Assembly (NCBI GenBank): GCA_951406725.2
Contig: OX597833.1
Coordinates: 68,386,001-68,450,000 of the forward strand
Direction: 5' to 3'
From: Octopus vulgaris
Lineage: Eukaryota
Length of the DNA stretch: 64,000 nt
Part shown: positions 1 through 13,814 of the stretch, in pieces
Numbering within the stretch: the stretch's first letter is position 1
How the letters are laid out: each line of letters starts with the position of its first letter
The notes under the pieces: model-generated
What the model saw: only the letters and a program-made list of their open reading frames with translations
Databases searched by the model: none
What the model was told of the DNA's origin: nothing
Made by a program: the position numbers and the translations under genes

Positions 1-1587
1 CACACATATATATATGTATATGTAGGACTGAACCTAGAATCATGAGATTTTGAAGCAAGCTTTTTACCACTCACTCTCGCCTCCTTTTGTATATGCGTTT
101 ATCTTTAACAAGAGTTGTTGTGGGGATTGTGATGCTGCAGTATTATATTATTTTCTACTGGTTTTGTATAAACCCAGGTAGAGTCTTATCGATGAGGTTA
201 ATGATCTATTTTTTTCCATTCGAAAGAATAGTAAGGTATGCTGCAGACCTTACTATTCTTTGGCATATGTTAGAATAAAACATACCATTTGCCGTGTGAG
301 AGATTTGGTTTGTCGCCTACATTTTTTTCGTCCTAGTATATTTCTATACAGCAGAAAAAAATTGCTGCTCGCAAGACAGAAGGCTGTCCATGGTGTGAAA
401 CAAACACAAAATGAAACAATATCTATGATACATGTGAATGTTCTAAAACCCTAGCACCTTTTTGCTTCAATTACAGCTCTTCCTAATTATGTGCTGGAGC
501 ACCAGTGTTGTTGTTTCCCTTTACATCTAAAATGATTTGTTGTTAAATGTGGATGTCTGGATACGTTCGGTGCTTATTGTAATATTATGAAAAAATCTAA
601 CAGAATTAGCGGATACCGAGGTGCCACACAGGCTGTCTAATACCTATTTGAAAAATAGATATCAAGATCATTCGTATAATGGTGTTAACTATCCACCAAA
701 CGATAGAATTCATATTTCACGCTTCTGGAGTACATTTTGAGTATCTTCTGTATGTGTGATTTTCACATCTACATCTATAATTATTTTATCTTTGTTCTCT
801 AAACTAATACTTGATCAAATATGCGAACTTAACACCGGGGGAAATCTCCGCATCTCGTGGTATAAAGAGTGGTTTTTGAAAATCCGTGGTGTAAAACCGC
901 TTACCACATTTATTTTGAGCACGTATATCCCCCTTCGTGTACAAAGGGTTGATTCTAGATAAAGCCGAGGTAAATAAGTATAAGAATGCAAAATACAAGA
1001 CCGGAAATTAAACATGTAGTAATATAATAAGATAAGCAAGTAAATGAATAGGTTGGTGAGGGTGCGATACATGTCGCATAAGGTAACATGTGCGTTGTGT
1101 GTACTATGTAATTTAAGAAGGAATGTTAAATAATATTTCGAAAATTAATTATGTGACACAATTGAATTGAGTAGAATAATAAAGAAAGCCAAAACGATAG
1201 ATCAGATTAAATTGAAAACGAAATACATTTAACATTTGTAAAGTTGAAGGGCAATATGTTAATATGATTAAATAAAATTTTAACAAATATAGAGATGTAC
1301 GTGTTAAAGGAACGATGAAGCTGAAGATTAAAACGCATAAAGGACTAAAATGAATAAATATTGGAGATGAATTGAAGATGTGAAAAGAAGATACTTAAGG
1401 ATGTAAGTGGAATGGTAGCGAATATCTAAACTGAAAATATAACAAACCAGGAAGAATAATTGTCTGCAATGCTATTAAATTCTAAAAATTTGTTAGAAAA
1501 CATAAATACGATAACAAATGAAACAGAATAAAATAAACAATACAAACACACCACACATACATTGTATATTGTAAGGAGTGTGTGTGA

Positions 1588-1634
<47 letters not shown>

Positions 1635-1637
<3 letters not shown>

Positions 1638-1950
1638 GTGGTCTGATCAATAAGTACCAGGGCTGTTGCCATAGTAAAGAAGCTAAAGCACGCAGATTAA
1701 AAAATTGCTTGGCAAAGATTGACTTTGAACACTACTGCACAAGCGCATTAAAGTTTAACGTTCTAACTCAATTCCGCTGTTTACAGCAATGCTTGGAAGG
1801 AAGGTGTGTAGCGTGTTATCGCCGCATTGATCCGACCATGAGAAAGTTGTCATGAAGACATCTGCTCTGAGGTCAAAGCAAAGCTGGAGAAAGTGTATGG
1901 AGAGGAGTGCATGAGCCACACACAAGTGGATGACTGTTTCAGACGTCTCT
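1635..1950 (+). mobile_element. Mariner (Tc1/mariner) 5' relic: left TIR plus decayed start of the transposase
   Basis: Starts TA-CGTGGTCTGATCAATAAGTA, a mariner-type TIR, directly after a (TA)n tract. About 1880-1950 translates as AKLEKVYGEECMSHTQVDDCFRR, resembling the mariner HTH region (L..VYG...MS..QV..W..RF). Confidence 0.7.
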
Positions 1951-2035
1951 CACTTTACCGAAAAACATGGGGATATTGACTGAACCCAGAATCATGTTTG
2001 GAAAGCAAGCTACTTGACACAGAGATACACCTGTA

Positions 2036-2168
2036 CTTTCTCCTTGGCTTGTTCCAGTCACTTGACTGCGGACATGCTGCAGCACCGCCTTTTTCCGAAC
2101 AAATAGACCCCAGGACTTATTGTTTGTAAGCCTGGTACTACGGTTGTCATGCGATGGTGGGGTAGTAA

Positions 2169-2223
<55 letters not shown>

Positions 2224-2387
2224 CGATAGCGCTTCCTTCAGTTTCCGTCTACCAAATCCTCCCACATAGCTTTCGTCAACCCGAAACTATAGTATAAGAC
2301 ACATGCCCAAGGAACGAGCAGTGGGACTGAACCTGGAACTATGTGGTTGGGAAGTAACCTTTTAACAACACAGCCGCTCCTTCACCT
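2036..2387 (-). mobile_element. tRNA-derived SINE family A (Nin/Deu-like central domain), diverged copy
   Basis: Same modules as 58641-59036: tRNA-like head, GGATTTGGTAGACGGAAACTGAA block, internal TA/TG microsatellite and GCGGTGCT.CAGCATG tail. Confidence 0.85.
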
Positions 2388-2639
2388 ATGTATTAATATA
2401 TACAAAGTATTGTTTGTTATTTCCCAAACGATATGTTTTTTGACTTAGAAATATGTAACACCTTATCTGATGACGCTCGCCATGGAGAAGTTCACAAGTG
2501 TTAAATTGTAGTAGAAAGAAGCAGTATGTATGTACTTTAGTTCACGTGGGCACGCTGGTGTTTTCTCGCTTAATGTCTTATAACGTTTATGTATGTCCTT
2601 ATGTATAGCAATTCTCATATTCCTCTCTCTCTCTCTAAA

Positions 2640-2707
2640 TATATATATATATATAAATATATATATACATGTATGTATGTATGTATATGTATGTATGTAT
2701 ATGTATG

Positions 2708-2738
<31 letters not shown>

Positions 2739-3102
2739 GTATATAAATGTATGTATATGTATGTATGTATATATATTTGTATGTATATAAATGTATGTAT
2801 ATGTATGTATGTATATATAAATGTGTATATGTATGTATGTATATATAAATGTATGTATGTATGTATGTATATATATATGTATGTATATGTATGTATATAT
2901 ATGTATGTATATGTATGTATGTATATGTATGTATATGTGTGTATAAATATATATGCATATATATGTATGTATGTTTGTATGTATGTATATGTATGTATGT
3001 ATGTATGTAAGTATCTATGTATATATATATATATTTTTTTTTTCGATTGTTATAAGTATTTAAATTTAGAAAATGCTTACAAACATACGGACGTGCCATA
3101 AG

Positions 3103-3180
<78 letters not shown>
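2640..3180. repeat. (TA)n/(TATG)n compound microsatellite
   Basis: Read directly from the sequence. Confidence 0.95.
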
Positions 3181-3181
<1 letters not shown>

Positions 3182-3813
3182 TCTTTTGTTTGTCCTCATA
3201 CGGAGTGTAAAAGATCATCGTGTAGATAGGAAAACGAAAATTTAGAGAGAAATAATCTTGCAAATAAAAGAGTCTGAGATATATTGCATGCGCATTTTAG
3301 CGTTCTAGATGATCAGCGATAACACAAAGAAAAAAAAGAATGGTAAACAAGAAAGAAGGAAACAGAGACAGAGTGGCGAGCGCGGGGGGGTGGGGGTGAA
3401 TGACGGGTTTGGCGTTGATAGGGGTTTTTTTTTAAGGGGAAATTTGATGAGAGAAATGTGTCACTAAAGAAATATGAGCAGATAATAAAGTAAATGTTTG
3501 ATAAAGGCAAAACTCGTCAAATTACAACAGGAAGCAAGTGATAGCGCATCATAATTAAATATCGGTCACGCGGTAAACAAGTCCATTAATATTTTATGAA
3601 AAAGCAATTATTTATGATAATTCACTGTGAGTTGAGGCAAGACTAGGTGAAATGGTAAAGGTAAGTGCAACGTTATAAGAGTGCATGTTTTTTTTTAAGC
3701 CAACATGTCTGATTTACTGAATGATTTTGGTGATCGAGCCCTGTGCGCGGAAGCTGTCTTACCTGCAGCGTTGCTGATAACTTGTACAGATTCGATAGAC
3801 CAGTGTGAAAGCC

Positions 3814-3831
3814 TATATATATACACTATTG

Positions 3832-3912
<81 letters not shown>

Positions 3913-4003
3913 CATATATATATATATATATATACACCATTATATATATATATATATATACCATATATATATATATATATACCATTATATATATATATAT
4001 ACA

Positions 4004-4054
<51 letters not shown>

Positions 4055-4100
4055 ATATATATATATATATATACACATTATATATATATATATATACACC

Positions 4101-4185
<85 letters not shown>

Positions 4186-4412
4186 CATTATATATATATA
4201 TATACATATATATATACACCATTATATATATATATATATATATATACACCATTATATATATATATATATATATATGCACCATTATATATATATATATACA
4301 CCATTATATATATATATATACATATACACCATTATATATATATATATACATATACACCATTATATATATATACACATATACACCATTATATATACATATA
4401 CATATACACCAT

Positions 4413-4446
<34 letters not shown>

Positions 4447-4730
4447 CACCATTATATATATATACACATATACACCATTATATATATATACACATATACA
4501 CCATTATATATATATATATATATATATAACAAAGGGAGGTACCTCCCTTTGCAGGATAAGGACACCGTGACGGTGTCGAGCCTTTCTGGTGACGTCGATG
4601 TTCGCCTGGGGCTAAATGCAACAGTAACACCCCCACCACCCTGCCCTGTCCCAAGCCATATTCAGATGGCTTTAGTCCCTTATGTTATCGAGCAGTTACT
4701 GTCTATATCTCTTATAGAGAATTATTATTG

Positions 4731-4767
<37 letters not shown>

Positions 4768-4836
4768 TACACCATTATATATATATATACATACACCATT
4801 ATACATACATATATATATATATATATATACACCATT
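3814..4836. repeat. Compound minisatellite, unit ACACCATT+(AT)n, interrupted by an insert at about 4529-4730
   Basis: Many recurrences of 'acaccattatatat' with variable (AT)n spacers; the unit resumes after 4730. Confidence 0.9.
4529..4730. mobile_element. GC-richer, hairpin-rich insert inside the TA minisatellite (unclassified retroposon fragment)
   Basis: Perfect 22-bp palindrome at 4530-4551, plus hairpins GACACCG-tga-CGGTGTC and AAGCCAT...ATGGCTT. The same minisatellite lies on both sides. Confidence 0.5.
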
Positions 4837-5006
4837 GCATTTAACTCATAAGGTATTGGAGTCTTACATGTATACCATTCTGCCTAAACAATGGATCTAC
4901 AAAGATAATATCCCTGCATATCTCACATCTATTTTCATTCCTCCACCTCACTCTCGATTTCGTATCTTATCTAAATTCACCAATTCCTTAACTAATTTCT
5001 CACACC

Positions 5007-5054
5007 GTCTCCGATGAAGGGATATAATAAAAATACTAGAAACAGCTGTAATAC
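5007..5054 (+). ncRNA. Minimal hammerhead-ribozyme-like motif (degenerate) in a Penelope-like relic spanning about 4840-5200
   Basis: GTCT-CCGATGA-a-GGGATAT...AATACT-a-GAAA-CAGCTG-TA-ATAC. The core shows a U4C change, stem III is the palindrome ACAGCTGT, and stems I and II are imperfect. Confidence 0.5.
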
Positions 5055-5263
5055 CTTCTATTTATAAATGTTCTAAAATCTACACATCCTTGGTTTGTTA
5101 TCTCATTCAGGATTTTTTTTATATATACACACGCTGATATATGACCTAAGTTGGACACATTATTCGCATAATCACCGAACCTGGATCTTAACTATGGTCT
5201 ATCTATAGCACGTATTCCGAATTACCTGACACCATAACCTCTCTTTCTCTCTCTCTCTCTCTC

Positions 5264-5296
<33 letters not shown>

Positions 5297-5319
5297 CTTT
5301 CCCTTTATATATATCTTTC

Positions 5320-5358
<39 letters not shown>

Positions 5359-6377
5359 TTCCCTTTATATATATATATATATATATATAAAGGGAAAGAG
5401 GGAGTGAGAGAGAGAGAAGCAGGCATACACACTGCACACTCCCTTATATGTAACTATGTATTTATGGATGCATGTATATATGTATGCTTTTTCTGTATTT
5501 AATCTTTAAAATCTTCCTCTGAAGAAGGAGCTGGTTTGTAACAAAGATACGGAGCGCCATCTTTGGAACGTAGATAACGAAAATAATGTCACATTTTAAA
5601 CATGAGGAAAGTCTTGTAGAGTTTTACTCTTCCGCTTACAGAATGTATTTGTAATGTGAGAATTGCTTGATTTACTTTTTTTCTGAATGTCTGTGTGTGT
5701 GTTTGTGTGTGTATGTGTATGTATGATTGAACTGGTACACGTAAAATGTGTAGAAGCTCGTGGTGTGTGTGTATGTGTGTTTTATGATTCGTATGATCTT
5801 GTGTTTGTTAACACTACCAAACGTCAACTGATCTTGTTTTGCTTATGCCCCGGAAATTAGCGGTGAAGCAAAAGAGACTATTGGAACGTCTGAGTTGAAA
5901 AGAAAAGTAAAATGTTGTAGGGACGATTTCTTTCGACTAAAACCATCAAGGCGTTACCCCAGCATGGCCGTATCTAATCAGTACATTTCTGTATATATTA
6001 ACGATGATATGCTTTAAAGATGTTGTAAGTTCTCTACCATTTCTAGCAGAACGAGCAGGTTTTCTTGAGAGTCCATCGTTCACTGCATGGCATCTACTTC
6101 TGGCAAAAGTGTAAATCTACAACCAATTTATTACAGACGTAAATGGCAAAGCAGAAAAGTATGGAAAGAGAAAAGGGGAAAAACCTTGCAATACCTAATA
6201 AAATAGAAATGAATGGAATGGAAAAAATTCCAATTCTAAATAAAGCGTTTTAATATTAACTCTTCCGATTTGCACAAGTTATTAAAATTTGCTCAAATTT
6301 AATAAAACCACTTGGGGAGATTTCTTTTCTAAGAACGAGCTTCACTTCTTAAGATTCAAAATTGATTATCAAAACTA

Positions 6378-6830
<453 letters not shown>

Positions 6831-8254
6831 TGAACACAATTTAAACTCCTTAATTCACTGACAAATACTTCGAACGAAATAATAATCTTCTTTATGATGA
6901 ACATAATTATATTTCATTCAATAACTCCTGATTTAATGAGGCAACCTAATTCAATGCCTCAATATTTATATATTTACTCTGACGTTGCAAAAATAACTGT
7001 GCACAACTATATATACCCTGGCACATATGTACATGTCTAGACACATGTGCACTTATTTAAATTGATTATAACAGAGATGCGTTTGGTTTTTATTTGGGAT
7101 CCAAATGTGAAGTATACTTACTGGTTTCTCTCCAATGTCATCGATTATCGTATAAACGTTTGAAGAATTCGATGAAATAACAGACTTTGAAACAAGGCTC
7201 GAAATAAAGTTGTAGTTTGTGATATCTGTGACAGCGAAACTCTCATAGATTAGCTTAATAAACAGGCTGTAGAGGGACTTGTAAGAAGAGGGACGCAAAG
7301 AACAAAGAATTAATAGAAATATGATGGATGAATCATAACTGATGAAGAATAAAACGGGAACAGGAATATTACAGAGAGACCTGGAGAAATAAAAGAGAAG
7401 CTATTAGCTACAGAAATCTATTCCAAGAACCACGTATTTCACAGAGAGAAGGAGAAAATTGCCTAATACAACTTTACAGGGAAGATGTTTGTTTATTAGA
7501 GAGAAGTGGGAAAACGTATAACAATATTTCTTGTTTTCTGAATGTGACAGAAATTTCATGAATATCACAACATATCTATATAGAAATTAATGTCCCTGAA
7601 TATATTTGTTTCATTAACAATATCATCGAAGTTATTCGTTCCTAGAACTCAATATGTGGAGACAAAACACCAATCATGTTTATTTTCGTGAGTACTAAAC
7701 ACTTCCCGTACCCTCTAGAATATCGTTTGCAAATCTCTAGGGTTGATTATACTACGATAAATACGCAGTGCTTTCAAACGATTTTTATAAGTTCTAAGAA
7801 ATAGAGGTTGTGATTAGTTTTCCCGGGTTTCTGAAAGTGTGTGTGGCACGCTTGTACCTACTTTTAAAATGTTATGTCATATAATTTACAAATAATATCG
7901 CTTCAATTTACCAACTTCCATTTTCTATCGGATTGAGTTGATTTGGGCTGAATTGCATTTCTGTTGGTTAAATTATGGTAAACTACAATTGAAATTCTTC
8001 GGTTGCAGTTTCAACAGTTCATAAGGTGTATAAAAATCTGCTTTAATTTTTGTGGTAGCTATGACTAATAGGAAGAAGTTCTATTTGAGGCTATTTTCTC
8101 GGATGCTGAAAAATTAAATCATAATGTCCAGCTCCACCTTTTTGATTATTGAAGAATAGCACTGATATTATATCTTAAAACACACATACACACACTCACA
8201 AACACACACGCACATGCACACATATGCACAGACACAAACACACACGCCGCACAG

Positions 8255-8296
<42 letters not shown>

Positions 8297-9099
8297 GTAT
8301 TGGAGGATCTGCGATGCTTCTATAATAATGTGTAATACTACGTGTAGTTTTCTCCCGTTGATTTATTCCGTTTATTTTCCATTTATATCTTTCTATATTC
8401 CCATAATTCACTGGTTTTCCTATAAGATTCTGCACTCTGGCCTCTATAGCTGCGCCTTCAAATACAATATAAGTATTGTACTTGAAGCTTCAGATATTTT
8501 AAAGTTGTTAATCCATTTAGTATGTGGCGCCAAAATACCTCCGTTCTTCCACAACGGAATTACGATTCTATAACTAATAAATGAGATCCGAAGTCATATG
8601 TTGTCTTGAAATAATAATTCTCAACTATACTCTTGGAAAACACTGGCAATACATAACCTATTGTGAAATTGCGTTATATGGATGTTTGCCAAGAGAAGGA
8701 TTTTCATTTTTACGATATTTGCATTAGATTGACGTATTGCTGTTTACAAATGGAAGTTCGGTTCTACACAGAAATATGGCTGTCATCCTATACATCAATA
8801 CAACTATAAAAAGAAAAACTGCATTTTTCTTAATATAGTAAGACTCTATTAGATTAACGGTTGTAGAGAATTGTTTATACATTCAAGGAGTCGAAATCAC
8901 GTGAGAATTTCCAAACTTGGTTCAATCTTATTTTGTTTCCTTTATAGCGGAATAAGAGTAAAATGTGTATAAATAAGCACGAACAGTCACTACGTTTCGT
9001 TTCGGCTCTCGGTATAATTTAATTTGGAATCATAATGTCTGTCGTGAAATTGCTGTGTTTTTGTAGTTCGGAAAGATAATATATAACTTGTGTGCATAA

Positions 9100-9422
9100 C
9101 GGACACTCCGTCAGTTACGACGGTGAGGGTTTCAGTTGATCCGATCATCAGGAAAGGCCTGCTCCTGAAATTTACGTTGAAATAGCTGTGCACTCCTCAG
9201 ACACATGTCTCCGTGACGTAGATCTGAAGGTAATTCAGTGTAACACAGAATGTGACAAGAGTTGCCCCTTGAATTATATGTATAACTCATTTTTGCTTGT
9301 TGAGTGGATTGGAGGAACGCGAACTAAAGTGTCTTTTCAAAGACACCAGACAAAGCCGCGACTCGAACTCAGTACCTTACGATCGGCAGCAGACTGCCCT
9401 AACCACTAAGCCATGCGTCTTC
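9100..9422 (-). mobile_element. tRNA-derived CORE-like SINE family B, diverged
   Basis: Colinear with 10713-11013; the minus-strand head is GAAGACGCATGGCTTAGTGGTTAGGGCAGT, with A and B boxes. Confidence 0.8.
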
Positions 9423-10674
9423 ATAACGTGTATATTTTGCAAAGTATATTATTTTAAATTTCAAATGCCCTGTAAAATCGCTGACAGAGCGAGGGGGTAA
9501 GTAAGAAAAGTAAGAAAGAGAAATATAGTGAGTGAGATAGTGCGAGAAAAATACATAGAGAGGGGGGAAAGAGTCAGAAAGGAATTTGTCTTTGATTATT
9601 CCCCATGCGGAAAACAAGAAGACTGTGATTCGAATTTCATCCTCCTGCTTCGAAAAAAAAAAAACGGATTGCGCATTCTAACTCATGATACGTTTACGTA
9701 AAGGATAGAATGTATACAATTTGTACAGTGTTACTCGGAAATCCTTTTGAGCCAGAGTGATATAGGGATATTCAACATCTTCCACACAAAAAATATTATA
9801 TCCACCACTCTCTTGTCAAGGAATACAACACTACTTTGTCACATCATTTGATAGCGAGAGCCATCCAACACCTCGACGTTCATGCAATAACACACTTTTA
9901 AAAACATAGTAAGGGGGATATATTTGAACACATAATCTGAATCATATAAAAAGGCGGCATTTTTGCTTGAGGTCAGGTTTGACATGGTGAACCCAAACAA
10001 AACAGAACTGACGCTGGTAAACAATAGATTATTACATTATGGTCCATACTTTGATCAGCAAGGTAACAGAACACTCATTAATGGTACGGTTTTCTCACTA
10101 CTTATTGTTGAGAACAAGCAATGCTTTCAAAATGAATTGTTCGTATCGCTATTCTAAGTGGGGTACACAACGGTAAAACATACATTGCGGTGACAGAAGA
10201 GAACGATTCTACAATTGATACAGGATAATCAATGTGAATCCATAGACTGTTATGTTAAGTATCTCTAACAAGCAGAATGGTAAGAACACTGGGAGGAAGA
10301 GAAGAGGAGAATTGATTTCTTATAAGTGAAACCGTAGAAGCGTTCGATAGGTTTAACTGCCAAGAGGATTGAAAACTCTAATAATGCCTCGGGATAGAAA
10401 CCAATGGAAGAAAGCGATTCAATTTTGACTCTTTGATTGAAGACAATATACATCTGGACAGTTTAGTGGTTATTGTCGCTATCGTCTATTATAAGGAGTT
10501 TGCTTCTGGACCGCGTGGTTTCGGGTTCAGTTCCGCTGCGTGAGACCAATGGCAAGTGTTTTTTTTTTTACTATAGCCTCAGACCGACCAAAATGATGTA
10601 AGCGGAATGACAGCCAGCACCCGATATATATATATATCAGCTGGGACCCTCGTCGTCGCAACCTACGGAGTACT

Positions 10675-10712
<38 letters not shown>

Positions 10713-10716
<4 letters not shown>

Positions 10717-11013
10717 AGCAGTCCGTCGGGGTCCCAGCTGATAAGATCAACGGAACAGCTTGCTCGGGAAATTAACGTGTAAGTGGCTGAGCACTCCACA
10801 GACACGTGTACCATTAACGTAGACCTCGGGGATATTCAGCGTGACACTGTGTGACAAGGCTGACCCTTTGAAATACAGATACTACTAATTTTTTCCAGCT
10901 GGAGCAACGTGAAATAAAGTGTCTTGTTCAAGGCCACAACGCGCCGCCGGGAATTGAACTTACGATCTTACGATCATGAGTGAAATGCCCATAACCACTA
11001 AGCCACGTGCCTC
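10713..11013 (-). mobile_element. tRNA-derived CORE-like SINE family B
   Basis: Minus strand: A box TGGCTTAGTGG, B box GTTCAATTCC, then CTTGAACAAGACACTTTATTTCACGTTGCTCCAG (CORE-like). The 3' end runs into (TA)n. Confidence 0.85.
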
Positions 11014-11014
11014 C

Positions 11015-13508
11015 ATGGAGCAAATAGTTCTGCAACCAACAAGGGCAGATAATATACTGGATCTCTGCTTTACAAACAATATGGATATTATCCATAATGT
11101 TAATGTGATACCGACAATGATCTCGGATCACAACATAATAGAGCTGTCTATGTATGGAACAAAAGCCCCCGCAGACACACAGCCTATACGAAGCACCCAC
11201 CATCTCTCAACTTAAACTTTCATAAAGCCAACTGGAAGTCGATTGAGAAAGAGATCCTCAAACAGGATTGGCCTGAATGTCTCTCCACACCGGACATAAA
11301 CATGAAACACAAACACTTCATGTCCATAATACAAGCCATATGTGACAAATATGTCCCAATGTGCAGGGCCAACACACACAAGAATAAAAACAGGATCCCT
11401 AGAGAAAGGAGGATTCTTATGAGACGACGGACAAGGATTGCAAACCGCCTGAGCAAGCACACCAAAAGTGGTGAGAAGTCTCGGCTCGAAAGAATGCTAA
11501 TGGAAACTGAGAAAAGTCTACATCAGTCCCATGAAAAGGAGAGAGCAGATAAAGAAGCTTGGGTAATAGAAAATATAAAATCAAACCTAAAGCTTTCTTT
11601 AAGTTTGCCAAAGAGACAGCCACAGTGCACCAGAGAATAGGACCTCTCTTCCAAAAAGATGGCTCTCTCACAGGAAATCCCACGAGGATAAGTGAAATAC
11701 TGAACGAACAGTTCCAAAGTGTGTTCACTACACCTCTAGGACACAGGCAAGTAAACAACCCAGAAGAATTCTTTGCCACTTTACCAGCGGCCAAAGAGAC
11801 AAAAATTGAGTACATCAACATCGAAGAAGATGATATCACACTAGCCATTGATGAGATTGACACAAACTCAGCTGCTGGACCTGATGGATTCCCAGCGATC
11901 CTTCTCAAATCGTGCAAACGAGCCCTTGCAAAACCGTTACAGCTTCTTTTTCAGAGCTTTCTTGCAAGTGGTAAGCTCCCAGTCAAACTGAAAGGGGGTA
12001 ATATGCCCTATCCATAAGGGAGGTAGCAGAGCAGATGCTAAAAATTATAGGCCTATCTCTCTGACCTCACACATCAGCAAAGTCATGGAACGAATAGTCC
12101 GTAAGAAACTAATCATGTTCCTTGAAGAAAATGACTTACTGTCTGACACCCAGCATGGATTTCGACCAGGTAGAGGCTGCCTAACACAGCTCCTGCAACA
12201 CTATGACTGGGTGTTGAAACAGCTACTAAATGGCTCAAATGTGGATGTAATATATCTTGACTTTGCAAAAGCCTTTGATAAAGTCGACCATGGTATGATC
12301 TGTCACAAACTGCGTGGTCTCGGCATAGGCGGGAAACTTGGAGAGTGGCTGCACAACTTCCTAAAAGACAGAAAACAGGCAGTTGTGAGCAATGGAGCCA
12401 CCTCCAGGGAAACGCAAATAACAAGCGGTGTCCCACAGGGCACTGTCTTGGGGCCACTGATGTTCATAGTGGCCCTTTCAGACATGCCTTCAGTTGCTAC
12501 GATGACCACCCTTGCTAGCTATGCAGATGACACAAAAGTCTCCCACGCAATACAAAACCCTGAAAATATTGCGCATCTGCAACATGAGCTGGACACAATA
12601 TACAGGTGGGCTGAGGACAACAACATGCAGTTTAATGCAGGTAAGTTCCAGGCCCTGCGCTACTGGCACACAAAGGTAAATGACGTGAAGACTGGATACA
12701 CTGGCCCAGGAAGAATTGCAATCCCTGAGTCAAAATCAGTGCGTGACCTGGGCATTGACATGAGCAATGATGCATCTTTCCAAATGCATATTGCTAATCT
12801 GGTGATAAAATGCAGACGGCTAGCTGGATGGATTCTCCGAACTTTCAGAACAAGAGAGAAGGAGACACTGATGGTCCTATGGAAAACATTTGTCCTCAGC
12901 CGCTTGGACTACTGCTCCCAACTTTGGTCACCACACAATATAAAACAAACAGCAGAACTCGAAGCAACTCAGAGAAGCTACACAAAGAAAATCGTCTCAA
13001 TGCAAAATGTCAGCTACTGGGAAAGACTGAAGGTATTAAACCTCTTCTCCCTGGAGCGGAGGCGGGAGAGATATGCAGTGATATACATCTGGAAAATCCT
13101 GGAGGGTCTTGTCCCAAACTTTGGCATTCAAAGTTACTCCAACCGCAGAACGGGCGCCGCTGCGTGGTGCCAAGGATTCCAACATCACCATCAAAATACA
13201 GGTCCAGATACTGCAACAGCTTGGGTTTCAGAGGACCACAGCTCTTTAACATCCTCCCTAAATGCCTGAGAGACTTACATGGTGTGGATGTGGGTTTCTT
13301 TAAAACTAAACTGGATCTCTTCTTGTTGGGAGTCCCAGATGAACCTACCTCACGACAGGAGACACGGATGCGGGCAGCAGCATCGAACTCCCTTGTTGAT
13401 CAAGTGCCACGTATCAGAGGTGGATTCACAAACTAGTGTAGCTCATTCAGCGGTGGTGCCCCAGCATGGCCGCGGCCTTCGGGCTAAAACATTTTTAAGG
13501 ATTTAAGG

Positions 13509-13512
<4 letters not shown>
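11015..13512 (+). mobile_element. CR1-clade LINE, 5'-truncated within the APE endonuclease; ORF2 broken by about four frameshifts
   Basis: Endonuclease C-terminus (QPTRADNILDLCFTN, SDHNII). RT motifs AAGPDGF, QHGFRPGRGCLTQLL, YLDFAKAFDKVDH, GVPQGTVLGP and YADDTK. CR1-type C-terminus SYWERLK.LNLFSLERRRER...PDEP. Short 3' UTR with a hairpin and a (TTTAAGGA)2 tail, then (TA)n. The reading frame is split across ORFs 10976, 11302, 11559, 12085 and 12810. Confidence 0.95.
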
Positions 13513-13568
<56 letters not shown>

Positions 13569-13814
13569 GCTCTCTTCCTTGAAATCTACATGAGAAATGA
13601 TGCTACATATCTCCTCCAAAAACTTCACGATTTTGTAGTGTACTGTTGTCTTTACTAGTGCTGATTTGGGAACTGGGTGAAAAGAAAAGTATCAATTGGT
13701 TATGGCTGGCTTTCGACTTGTGTCACAGTTCTACAGAACCAATATGGCAGCTGCTATCGACCCGACACTCGTAAAACTCCGACGCTTCTTCGCCACTCCA
13801 TTACATCAATGGGG

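Noticed and set aside
165-700. Possible old DNA transposon relic
   Set aside because: No TIR pair, TSD or recognisable transposase motif could be established by eye.
2589-4851. Long ORFs (up to 348 aa) rich in Y/I/M/C/V/H/T; likewise at 6.4, 15, 35, 38.7, 41.7-42.7 and 45.9 kb
   Set aside because: They are translations of stop-free (TA)n, (TATG)n, (TATC)n and (TC)n repeats, not genes.
11417-13252. Antisense ORFs over the CR1 element, and likewise over the Tx1 copies
   Set aside because: They are shadow frames of LINE ORF2 with no independent support.
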